DNA from: Alkalilimnicola ehrlichii MLHE-1
GTDB lineage: Bacteria; Pseudomonadota; Gammaproteobacteria; Nitrococcales; Halorhodospiraceae
Length of the DNA stretch: 32,000 nt
Assembly (NCBI RefSeq): GCF_000014785.1
Contig: NC_008340.1
Location: 840,001 to 872,000 of the forward strand
Direction: 5' to 3'
The stretch's first letter is position 1; each line of letters starts with the position of its first letter. Positions 1 to 8,180 of this stretch are shown piece by piece. Below the pieces are notes generated by a model, which worked only from the letters and a program-made list of their open reading frames with translations, searched no databases and was not told where the DNA came from. The position numbers were made by a program, and so were the translations under genes.

Positions 1-58
1 CCGCGCCGGTGATCATCCATATCGGGTGGTGGCCGGTCCGGCCTTGCCGGTGGTGCGA

Positions 59-724
59 TCAGTGCTCCTCCACCGGCAGGCCCGCCGCCCGCCATTCCGG
101 GTAGCCGTCGGCCAGGCGCCGGGCCTGCAGCCCGTGTTCGCGCAGCACCCGCACCGCCTTGTGGGCGAGGGCGCAGTAGGGGCCGCGACAGTAGGCGACG
201 ACCTCGCGATCCGGCGGGAGGTCGCGCAACCGGCGCTCCAGCTCCGCGGCGGGGATGTTGATGGCCCCCGGCAGGTGCCCGGTCCGGTACTCCTGCTCGG
301 GCCTGACGTCGAGCAGGGTTACCAGGCCGTCACGAAGGCGCGCGGTGAGGTCGTCGGCGTGGATCGCCTCCAACGTCTGTGACCCCTCGAAGTAGCTCTC
401 GAGCAACTGCTGCATCTCCACGATATTGTGTTCCGCCACCCCACGTAATGCCGCCAGCAGGCCGACCACGTTGTCGTCGGTGATGCGGTAGTGGACGTAC
501 TTTCCCTCCCGCCGTGGCCGGACCAGGCCGGCCCGGCGCAGATGTTGGAGGTGTTGCGACACCGTGGCCACCGGCAGCCGGGTGAGCTCGGTCAGTGCCT
601 CCACGGTGCGTTCGCCCTGGGCCACGTACTCCAGCAGCTCCAGGCGGTAGGGGTGCCCCAGGGCCTTGCCCAGGGTGGCCAGCTGTTCGAGGAGGTCGCG
701 CTTTTCTGGGCGGATACGGGACAT
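59..724 (-). CDS. ArsR-family HTH regulator fused to C-terminal rhodanese domain
   Basis: ORF track 59..787; start chosen at MSRIRPEKRDLL. wHTH region (LGHPYRLELLEYV...VATVSQHLQHLRRAGLV...GKYVHYRI) followed by rhodanese (DVRPEQEYRTGHLPGAINIP...VVAYCRGPYC). Confidence 0.9.
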   Translation of the reverse strand: MSRIRPEKRDLLEQLATLGKALGHPYRLELLEYVAQGERTVEALTELTRLPVATVSQHLQHLRRAGLVRPRREGKYVHYRITDDNVVGLLAALRGVAEHNIVEMQQLLESYFEGSQTLEAIHADDLTARLRDGLVTLLDVRPEQEYRTGHLPGAINIPAAELERRLRDLPPDREVVAYCRGPYCALAHKAVRVLREHGLQARRLADGYPEWRAAGLPVEEH

Positions 725-775
725 GGGGGCTCTCACGGGTGGTGTTCGGCGTGTGGGATCGCATACGCTGGCATT

Positions 776-801
776 ATTATAATACATTCCAGAATATGAA
801 A
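776..801. promoter_or_regulatory. AT-rich promoter/operator candidate upstream of the ArsR-rhodanese gene
   Basis: TATAAT on the minus strand (776-781) and overlapping TATAAT on the plus strand (778-783), adjacent to ATTCCAGAAT (786-795) and ATTC-N8-GAAA (786-801). Confidence 0.4.
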
Positions 802-981
802 TACAGATGCCGGCGGCGCCGCTTGCCCGTCATTAACGGGGTCGGCTCATCAGCACCGCATCGACATCATGCGCGCGATGCGTGAGACTCAGGGGCGCGT
901 CAACCGCTATTTGGGCAAGCATTTTGGGCCGCTGGGTGAGGAGCTGGAGCGCCTCGGGGCCACCTGACCGAGGGAGGAGCC

Positions 982-2391
982 ATGGGCAGACCCTACCGAC
1001 GCTACCTGTGCCGCGTCTGCGGTTATATCTACGACGAGGCCAAGGGCGATCCTGACGGGAGTCTGCCTCCCGGCACCCGCTTCGAGGACATCCCGGATGA
1101 CTGGGAATGCCCCGACTGCGGGATGCGCAAGGTCGAGTTGGATCTCCTTGAGGAGGGCGACGACGGCGGGGGCAGCCCCAAGATCCGCACGGGGTCGGCG
1201 CGCCCACAGGATCCGGGGCCGGGTCAGGACCCGCACCCGGTGGTTATTGTCGGGGCCGGTATGGCTGGTTGGGCGGTGGCGGAGGGGGTGCGGGCCCAGG
1301 ACGAGGGCCGCGCCATCACCCTCGTGACCCAATGTAACGGGGACGTCTATTACAAGCCCCAGCTGTCGGCGGCGGCCGCGCGTGGGCGGGGCCCGGATGA
1401 GCTCATTCAGGCGACCGGCGAGGACAAGGCCCGGGCCCTGGGGGTGAATCTGCTGGCCCGTACCCGGGCGTTGCGCATCGACACCGACCGGCGCCGCCTG
1501 ATCACGCCGCGTGGCGGTATCCCCTTCGGTGACCTGGTCCTGGCCTGCGGCGCCCGCCAGCCCCGCCCGAGGCTGGCGGGGGACGCGGCCGGCGACGTGC
1601 TGCAGGTGAACGACCTGGCCGATTACCGGCGGCTCCGTGAACGGGTGGATGTCCACGACTCGGCACGGGTCTTTATCCTCGGTGCCGGGCTGATTGGCTG
1701 CGAGTTCGCAGAGGACCTCTCCGGCGCCGGCCATGCGGTGACTCTGGTGGACATCGCCGAGCGGCCGCTGGCGCGGCTGCTGCCCGTGCCCCTGAGCGCG
1801 GACCTGGCATTGGCGCTGGATGACAAGGGCGTGGCGCTGCACATGGGCCGGACCGTGGACGCGGTGGACCGGGCCGCGGATGGGGGCTATCGGGTGATGC
1901 TGGACGATGGTGGGGTCGTGGCCGCGGACGTGGTGGTCAGTGCCCTGGGCCTGATCCCAAACACCTATCTGGCGACCCGGGCCGGGCTGTCGGTGGGGCA
2001 GGGGATCCAAGTGGACGGTCAATTACGGACCAGCGACCCGGGGATACGGGCGCTGGGTGACTGCAGCGAGCACACCGGCCACCTGCTGCCCTATGTGCAG
2101 CCGCTGAAGGCCCAGGCGCAGGTGATCGCCGCCTGCCTGGCAGGCGAGCGCGACCACTACACCCCGGAGCCCGGCACGGTGCGCATCAAGACGCCCTCCT
2201 GCCGGTTGGCGGTCTGGACGCCGTGGCAGGAGGGCGTCTGGCGCGAGGAGGCGCACGATGAGCAGGGCCGCACCCTGGTGCACTACAGCGGCGAGGCCGT
2301 CACCGGCTTTGCCTTGTCCGGCCGCCATGTGCGCCAGGCCCCGAAGCTCGAGCGACAGGTTCAGGCCGGCCGCGACCGGGGTGTGGCCTGA
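982..2391 (+). CDS. Rubredoxin domain fused to FAD/NAD(P)-dependent oxidoreductase (rubredoxin reductase-like)
   Basis: 469 aa. Rubredoxin motif [17 protein letters not shown]...DDWECPDCG, then FAD-binding [13 protein letters not shown], second nucleotide-binding motif [16 protein letters not shown], and ALGDC motif. GGAGG precedes the ATG. Confidence 0.93.
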   Translation: MGRPYRRYLCRVCGYIYDEAKGDPDGSLPPGTRFEDIPDDWECPDCGMRKVELDLLEEGDDGGGSPKIRTGSARPQDPGPGQDPHPVVIVGAGMAGWAVAEGVRAQDEGRAITLVTQCNGDVYYKPQLSAAAARGRGPDELIQATGEDKARALGVNLLARTRALRIDTDRRRLITPRGGIPFGDLVLACGARQPRPRLAGDAAGDVLQVNDLADYRRLRERVDVHDSARVFILGAGLIGCEFAEDLSGAGHAVTLVDIAERPLARLLPVPLSADLALALDDKGVALHMGRTVDAVDRAADGGYRVMLDDGGVVAADVVVSALGLIPNTYLATRAGLSVGQGIQVDGQLRTSDPGIRALGDCSEHTGHLLPYVQPLKAQAQVIAACLAGERDHYTPEPGTVRIKTPSCRLAVWTPWQEGVWREEAHDEQGRTLVHYSGEAVTGFALSGRHVRQAPKLERQVQAGRDRGVA

Positions 2392-3347
2392 TCCCGGCCG
2401 ACGATGGCCTGCAGCGGAGCCAGCAGGACCTCGGCCCCGAACAGCACCCGGCCGTCGCGGAGCAGGCCCAGGCAGCGATGGCGGTGCTGCTCCGGCGCAC
2501 GCCCGTGCAGCCCCCCGCCCGGGGTAAGCACCTCCGGCTCATCCACCAGGATGTGCAGCCGGTCGTTGCTGCGCAGCACCCGCGCCAGGGCCTGGTCGAC
2601 ACTGATGTGGTGGGCGGTGTAGACCATGGGGTCGGCGTAGAAGTTGAAGCCGATGCTGTCGGCCCGTTCCAGCAGCGCACAGGAGATCAGCGAGGCGGGC
2701 ACCATGTCCGGGAAGTTGATCCGGTGTTCGATCTCGTCAAAGTACCAGGCCTGATCCCCCAGTGAGGCGGAGATCAGGTTCTTGGCGTTACCGTTCATCA
2801 GGTACTTGCGCTTGAGAAACCAGCCGCTGTCGGCCAGCGGGCGGCGGTCGGGGGCGTGGTTCAATTGCCCGGGGCTGGCGCCCACCAGGTCGAGCCCGCT
2901 CCGGGCCACCGAGCATTGTGGCGTGGCGCTGTCGCGGATGGTGCCCATCAGGGCCAGGCCCCCACTTTTGCGGAGGAGCACCCGGTTGGTCCGGATGGGC
3001 CGGCCCGCCTCATCCTGGCTCTCCCGGGTGGGTTTCACCTCCGGGGTGAAGGCCTCGCCCGGACGGAGCACGTCGGCGAACGTGAACTGATAATTGCGAA
3101 AGCCGGACGTGGGGGTGGGGTACCCCTCCTCCGCGCGCAGTCGCGTGACCCGGTACTCCATCAGGCACTCCATCTGGAAGCCCAGGGCGATGGGGCCCGC
3201 GAAGGGGTTGCCGCGGATCAGGCGCCATTTGCGGCTGTCGTGGAACGGGTTGAAGTCATCGCTGGCGTTGCGCGCCACGTCGATGTGGATCTGCTCGAAG
3301 CGATAGGGCTCCGGCGGGGCGGTGATCTCCAGGGCGGCACTGGCCAT
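2361..3347 (-). CDS. MaoC/hotdog-like dehydratase-type protein
   Basis: 328 aa; N-terminal [12 protein letters not shown]...[13 protein letters not shown] resembles MaoC-like hydratase motifs. Overlaps the 3' end of the convergent upstream gene. Confidence 0.6.
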   Translation of the reverse strand: MASAALEITAPPEPYRFEQIHIDVARNASDDFNPFHDSRKWRLIRGNPFAGPIALGFQMECLMEYRVTRLRAEEGYPTPTSGFRNYQFTFADVLRPGEAFTPEVKPTRESQDEAGRPIRTNRVLLRKSGGLALMGTIRDSATPQCSVARSGLDLVGASPGQLNHAPDRRPLADSGWFLKRKYLMNGNAKNLISASLGDQAWYFDEIEHRINFPDMVPASLISCALLERADSIGFNFYADPMVYTAHHISVDQALARVLRSNDRLHILVDEPEVLTPGGGLHGRAPEQHRHRCLGLLRDGRVLFGAEVLLAPLQAIVGRDQATPRSRPA

Positions 3348-3407
3348 AGGCGGTTCCCTTCATCGGCGCGGGCAGCTCCCGTGGGCCACCCCATGGACTT
3401 TAGACCA

Positions 3408-3425
3408 GTCTAAAGGAATAGTCCG
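3408..3425. promoter_or_regulatory. Perfect inverted repeat CTTTAGAC-CA-GTCTAAAG, candidate operator
   Basis: 8-bp arms with 2-bp centre, located 61 bp upstream of the 2361..3347 start and in the gap before the convergent 3' end of the GGDEF gene. Confidence 0.5.
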
Positions 3426-3444
3426 GTCGTGGGGCAATCGCGCC

Positions 3445-5601
3445 CTACATCGGCGCTGCCAGTCGGAACTCGCCCCGCTCGCCTTGTTTAACGACGTACA
3501 TGGACTGGTCGGCCAGGCGCAGCAGGGTGTCGGGCTCCGTGCCGTGATCGGGGTAGAGGCTAATGCCCACACTGGCGCTCAACCGGCACTCAATGCCATC
3601 CACCACCACCGGCTGGGAGGCCGTCGCCACCACCTTATGGGCCACGGCCTCGGCGTCCCGGGCGGTGGTGATGTGCTGTAACAGCAGCACGAACTCATCA
3701 CCCCCCAGGCGCGCCACGGTATCGGAGCCCCGCACCAGGCGCTCCAATCGTCGCGCCATTTCACAGAGCACTTGGTCGCCAAAGGCGTGGCCGTGACGGT
3801 CGTTGACCGGCTTGAAGTGGTCCAGGTCGACGAACAGCAGGGCCACCCGCTGCTGTTGACGGCGGGCGAGCTCGATGGCCTGGTGCAGGCGGTCCTGCAG
3901 CAGCCGCCGATTGGCCAGTCCGGTGAGGTTGTCATGCAGCGCCAAGTGGCGGATGCGCTCTTCGGCCTGCTTGCGCTCGGTGATGTTGTAGGCCAGCCAG
4001 ACCACCGCCGGGTGTTCATGCACATCGGCGGGCAGCGGATAAATGCGCGCCTCGAACCACTGGGGTCCCTCCGGGCCCTGGTCGGCGTCGATGCCCTCCA
4101 CGTTCTGGGGGGCAAGGGTGTACTCGTAGGTGATCTGCCGGTTCTCGGCGATCGCACGGTGGATCTGTTGCAGGAAGCCGTCGGCCTGTTCTGGTGGCAG
4201 GACCTCGTGCAGGGTGCGGCCGCACAGGTGCGGTCCCTTATGGTACAGCGCACTCTCCTGGCCTCCGAAGACGTCCACGTAGAGGCCATGTTCGTCCAAT
4301 ACGAAGCCGATATCGGGGATGGCGTGGATGATGGCTTCGAGCTGACGGGAGACCCGGCGCAGGTCCAGCTCGGCCTGGCGGCGGCGGGTCTGGTCCTGGC
4401 CCACGCTGAGAATCTCCCGCACCCGGCCATCGGCACCACGCAGGGCGTGGTTGGACCACATCATCCAGAGGCGGGAGCCGTCCTTGCGCATGACCTCGTT
4501 CTCGTTCAGGGCATGGGCCTCGGGATCGCGCTGAATGGCTTGCATCAGGGCGGCCAGGTCCTGGCCGCTGGTGTCCTCGGGGGGCACCACGGTGCCGATG
4601 ACGTTGCGCCCGATCAGCTCGCCGTTGCGGTAGCCGAACAGCCGCTCGCCGTGGGCGTTGATAAAACGGATGCGGCCGTCGGCCCCCCAGCGCAGGACCA
4701 CGCCATTCACCCCCTGAACCAGTTCGCGGAAATGCTGTTCCGATGCCCGCAGGGTCAGTGACTGGCGAGTGAGTAGCCAGGTGATCATTGCGGCCCCGAG
4801 TGCTGCCGCCGCCCAGGTGATCGAGCGCCAGGCGGGCAAGGCACTCGCTACGGCCCAGCCCCCCTCGGGCGTGGCGGCGATCTGCCATTGATTGCCGACG
4901 AAGGAGACCGTTTGAACCACGGTGTCGTCATAGAAGAGCCGCTCGTCGCCGAGAAAGGTGGCGCCCTCCGCACCGAGGCCGTCATAGCCCCGGATGGCCA
5001 GCTCCAGGCGTTCGCGGGCCGTATCCACCCCGGCCCGTCGGTAAAGGTCCTCCAGGTTGACGGGCACGCTGGCCAGGCCCCAGTAGTCACCATTGGTATA
5101 GACCGGCGTCCGTACAATCAGGGCGGTGCCGCCCTGGACCAGCTCCACCGGTCCGCCAACGATCGTGCGTTTCTCGGCCATCACCCGCCGCACCGAGGGG
5201 CCTTGCTCCGGATGGGCCGCCAGGTCGGTGCCCAGGGCGGCTTCGTTGCCTTCGAGCGGGTAGGCGTGGGTGATGACATTGTCTGGCGCCAGGGTAATGT
5301 GGCGCAGGGCGCTGTCCGGTTCCAGGGCCTTGCGGGCCATCGTCCGGAAGCTGGCCTCGTCGATCTCGGGGTGGGCAGCCACGTAGTGGGCCAGGCCGGT
5401 GACCAGGTAGGCGTTGGCATTGAGCTCCCCCTCGAGCCGGGCCCGCAGCGCCGAGACCTCGGCGGTGACCTGGGCACGGACGCGCTCCAAGCTCCGCTGC
5501 TCGGCCAGGCGCTCCACCCACGCACCACCGGCAGCCACTACCCCACCAGCCAGCAGGGCGGCGGTCCAGGGCAGCAGCTTTCTCACGGGCAGGTTGGTCA
5601 T
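3445..5601 (-). CDS. Membrane-anchored sensor diguanylate cyclase (periplasmic CHASE-like sensor, PAS domains, GGDEF)
   Basis: 718 aa; N-terminal TM segment, extracytoplasmic region, second TM, two PAS-like regions, intact GGDEF (RLGGDEFVLLL) with RGSD 5 residues upstream (I-site pattern RxxD). Confidence 0.88.
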   Translation of the reverse strand: MTNLPVRKLLPWTAALLAGGVVAAGGAWVERLAEQRSLERVRAQVTAEVSALRARLEGELNANAYLVTGLAHYVAAHPEIDEASFRTMARKALEPDSALRHITLAPDNVITHAYPLEGNEAALGTDLAAHPEQGPSVRRVMAEKRTIVGGPVELVQGGTALIVRTPVYTNGDYWGLASVPVNLEDLYRRAGVDTARERLELAIRGYDGLGAEGATFLGDERLFYDDTVVQTVSFVGNQWQIAATPEGGWAVASALPAWRSITWAAAALGAAMITWLLTRQSLTLRASEQHFRELVQGVNGVVLRWGADGRIRFINAHGERLFGYRNGELIGRNVIGTVVPPEDTSGQDLAALMQAIQRDPEAHALNENEVMRKDGSRLWMMWSNHALRGADGRVREILSVGQDQTRRRQAELDLRRVSRQLEAIIHAIPDIGFVLDEHGLYVDVFGGQESALYHKGPHLCGRTLHEVLPPEQADGFLQQIHRAIAENRQITYEYTLAPQNVEGIDADQGPEGPQWFEARIYPLPADVHEHPAVVWLAYNITERKQAEERIRHLALHDNLTGLANRRLLQDRLHQAIELARRQQQRVALLFVDLDHFKPVNDRHGHAFGDQVLCEMARRLERLVRGSDTVARLGGDEFVLLLQHITTARDAEAVAHKVVATASQPVVVDGIECRLSASVGISLYPDHGTEPDTLLRLADQSMYVVKQGERGEFRLAAPM

Positions 5602-5720
5602 GGGCCGGGTGGTTCCTGAGGCGGCGGAGCGGATGCCATTATCCGGTCAGGGCGTTATAACGGCGTATGTTAACGTCATAAGGGGTAGGGTTATAGCCAA
5701 GGCGGGTGGTACCCGCGGGG

Positions 5721-7208
5721 TCAGCGCCCCGTGTCGTAGGCCGGGCGCAGCGCCCCTGAGCCGGTTGCGTCATAGCAGGCCACCTGGTGCTTCCCAGCCC
5801 GCTTGGCCTGATACAGGGCCTGATCGGCCTGTTGGAGCAGACCGTCCACCGTCCGTGCCCCTTGGCGGATATGGGCGCAGCCCACGCTCATGCCCACATC
5901 GACGGTCACCGAGCGGCCTTCCTCCCCGAGCACAGTGATCGGGGCATCCACCTCCCGCATCAGACGCCGGCCCACGGCGTGCGCGGCGTCCAGATCCTCA
6001 CAGTCCTTCAGCAGCAGGACGAATTCATCGCCACCGTAGCGGGCGGCAAGGTCCCCCTCCTTGAGGCTGTGGCGCAGCCGGGCGGCGATCACGCGCAGTA
6101 CTTCATCCCCAGCGTGGTGGCCATGGCGGTCGTTGACCGGTTTGAAGGCATCGAGATCCATGAGCAGGACGGCGAAGGGCGCGCCTTGGCGCTGCCAACG
6201 CACCATCGCTTCACGCAGGGCCTGAAACAGGTGGTGGCGGTTGCTCAGGCCGGTGAGCATGTCGCGGTAGGCCAGCCGCTCCAGGTTGACGCGATGGGCC
6301 CGGTAGGCCACCGCCTCCTCCAGGTTGCGCTGGGCGTTGGCGATCAGCAGGGCCATCAGACCGAAGGCGAGGATGTGCGCGCCGGTGTTCCAGACCGGCA
6401 CCGCGTGCTCGGGCATGAGCTGGTTAATGGTCAATGCGCTTAGGGTCAGTAGCGACAGGGCCGTGCTGGCACCGGTCTCGCGCAGGAAGACGCTGGCCCA
6501 GAGGAGTAGCGGGAGGGCACCGTAGAACAGGGCCTCCACCGGGCTGCCGCGGCTGAGCTGATAACCCAGGATGAGGCCCACCGGCAGCAATAGGGCGCCG
6601 AGGACCATCAGGGCCTCCCGCCGCTGGCCGTGAAAGCGGGGCAGGCCGTGGGTCAGCCAGCTGTGGGCCAGGGGCACCACGCAAACGATGCCGAACACCA
6701 CGCTCAACCACCAGTTGCGGGCCATCAGCAGGTACTGCTCCGCCGGTGTGGTGCCGGTCAGCCACAGCCAGGTGGCGGCCAGCAGGGCGCCCCCGCCCGG
6801 CACCAGCAGCAGGCAGATCAGGGCGAAGCGGGCGGTGCCGGCGATGTCGAAGACCAGGAGGCGCCGGCGTCCCGGGCCGGCCAGCAGCCGGGCGGCGGCG
6901 GTGATCTCGGCGACCGCAATCAGCCCAAGGCCGGCGCTAACCAGGGCGGGGGCCTCTCCCAGGGACGGACTGACCAGCCAGTGGGTGGCGAGCAGGACCG
7001 GTACCAGCCAGTAGCCCCAGACCAGGACGGCGACCAGGCCGATCCCGCTGGCAAGCCAGATGGTGCTGATCTGCAGGGAGAGTTCGGCGATGAGCAGGCC
7101 GGCGGCCACTGCCAGGCCGTAGCTGAGGGCCACCACCCCCGCTACCCGCCACCGCGGCTGCCGCGTCAGCCAGTTGGGGTATCCCTGAGAGGGGTTGTGT
7201 ACTTCCAT
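5721..7208 (-). CDS. Diguanylate cyclase with N-terminal MASE1-like multi-TM sensor
   Basis: ORF track 5721..7280; start set at MEVHNPSQGYPNWL. Multiple TM helices with TIWLASGIGLVAVLVWG, then GGDEF (ARYGGDEFVLLLKD). Confidence 0.85.
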   Translation of the reverse strand: MEVHNPSQGYPNWLTRQPRWRVAGVVALSYGLAVAAGLLIAELSLQISTIWLASGIGLVAVLVWGYWLVPVLLATHWLVSPSLGEAPALVSAGLGLIAVAEITAAARLLAGPGRRRLLVFDIAGTARFALICLLLVPGGGALLAATWLWLTGTTPAEQYLLMARNWWLSVVFGIVCVVPLAHSWLTHGLPRFHGQRREALMVLGALLLPVGLILGYQLSRGSPVEALFYGALPLLLWASVFLRETGASTALSLLTLSALTINQLMPEHAVPVWNTGAHILAFGLMALLIANAQRNLEEAVAYRAHRVNLERLAYRDMLTGLSNRHHLFQALREAMVRWQRQGAPFAVLLMDLDAFKPVNDRHGHHAGDEVLRVIAARLRHSLKEGDLAARYGGDEFVLLLKDCEDLDAAHAVGRRLMREVDAPITVLGEEGRSVTVDVGMSVGCAHIRQGARTVDGLLQQADQALYQAKRAGKHQVACYDATGSGALRPAYDTGR

Positions 7209-7352
7209 GTTGTGGCGTCCACCTCCGGCATTCGCTGGGGGAACGGCGAACCGGTCCCTCAGGCGGGGGCGGGATCGCACCCCGAATGGAACGGATGTTG
7301 GCGAACATACTAGCAGGAAAGAATGGCCTTGCCCGCGGCGGGCAGGGCCACT

Positions 7353-7401
7353 AAAAAGAAAACGGGCCAGTCACCAGGAGATCGGTGACTGGCCCGTTTT
7401 C
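7353..7401 (-). terminator. Rho-independent terminator downstream of tRNA-Pro
   Basis: Perfect 18-bp inverted repeat GAAAACGGGCCAGTCACC (7358-7375) / GGTGACTGGCCCGTTTTC (7384-7401), 8-nt loop, followed on the minus strand by a T-run. Confidence 0.9.
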
Positions 7402-7407
7402 GGGGTC

Positions 7408-7484
7408 TGGTCGGGGTGGCAGGATTCGAACCTGCGACCACCTGCACCCCATGCAGGTGCGCTACCAGGCTGCGCTACACCCCG
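7408..7484 (-). tRNA. tRNA-Pro (anticodon GGG)
   Basis: Minus strand CGGGGTG...CCTGCATGGGGTGCAGG...GGTTCGAATCC...CACCCCGACCA; 7-nt anticodon loop ATGGGGT, T-loop GTTCGAATC, encoded CCA. Confidence 0.96.
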
Positions 7485-7498
7485 TTGCGAGAGCCGAG

Positions 7499-7527
7499 AT
7501 ACTACAACAGTCACCCCGTCCTTGCAA
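7499..7527 (-). promoter_or_regulatory. Sigma70-type promoter for tRNA-Pro
   Basis: Minus strand TTGCAA (7527-7522), 17-bp spacer, TAGTAT (7504-7499), 14 bp before the mature tRNA 5' end. Confidence 0.65.
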
Positions 7528-7539
7528 TTGCCGTTGGGC

Positions 7540-7896
7540 TCAGCGCTTGAGGATGTGGAGCACGCCCTCCAGCTCCACCCGGATCTGGCGAATGACCTGC
7601 TGGGTCTGGCTCACGTCCTCCTTGGCCCCCTCGCCGGAGAGCTTCTGCCGTGCACCGCCGATGGTGAAGCCCTCCTCGTAGAGCAGGGCGCGGATCTGGC
7701 GGATGACAATCACGTCCTGGCGCTGATAGTAGCGGCGGTTGCCCCGGCGTTTCACCGGCTTGAGCTGCGGGAACTCCTGCTCCCAGTACCGCAGCACGTG
7801 GGGTTTGACCGCACACAGCTCGCTGACCTCACCGATCGTGAAGTAGCGCTTGGCCGGTATCGGCGGCAGCTCAAGATTGTTTGACGTTTCCAGCAT
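7540..7896 (-). CDS. MerR-family transcriptional regulator
   Basis: 118 aa; [47 protein letters not shown] is a MerR HTH; gene lies directly after ihfA. Confidence 0.93.
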   Translation of the reverse strand: MLETSNNLELPPIPAKRYFTIGEVSELCAVKPHVLRYWEQEFPQLKPVKRRGNRRYYQRQDVIVIRQIRALLYEEGFTIGGARQKLSGEGAKEDVSQTQQVIRQIRVELEGVLHILKR

Positions 7897-8176
7897 AGGC
7901 CTCTACCCGGCTCTTGAGCTTTTGCCCGGGACGGAAGGTCACCACCCGCCGGGCGGAGATGGGTATCTCCTCGCCGGTCTTTGGGTTGCGGCCCGGGCGC
8001 TCGTTCTTGTCGCGCAGGTCGAAGTTGCCGAACCCCGAGAGTTTCACCGGCACGCCATCCTCCAGCGCCTGGCGGATCTCCTCAAAGAACGACTCGACCA
8101 GCTCCTTGGCCTCTCGTTTGTTCAGGCCTACCTCCTCGAAAAGACGTTCGGCCATGTCGGCCTTGGTCAGCGCCAT
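7871..8176 (-). CDS. ihfA: Integration host factor alpha subunit
   Basis: 101 aa; [41 protein letters not shown]...[27 protein letters not shown]...[11 protein letters not shown]; conserved pheT-ihfA-merR order. Confidence 0.97.
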   Translation of the reverse strand: MALTKADMAERLFEEVGLNKREAKELVESFFEEIRQALEDGVPVKLSGFGNFDLRDKNERPGRNPKTGEEIPISARRVVTFRPGQKLKSRVEAYAGNVKQS

Positions 8177-8180
8177 GCCG

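Noticed and set aside
7324-7350. Second hairpin TGGCCTTGCCC/GGGCAGGGCCA downstream of the tRNA terminator
   Set aside because: An 11-bp stem with one G-T pair is real, but it lacks a clear T-tract in either direction and has no assignable function; chance in GC-rich sequence is plausible.
7408-7484. tRNA-Pro as an integration site for a mobile island
   Set aside because: No integrase, no duplicated tRNA 3' end and no accessory genes nearby; flanking genes look like ordinary chromosomal genes.
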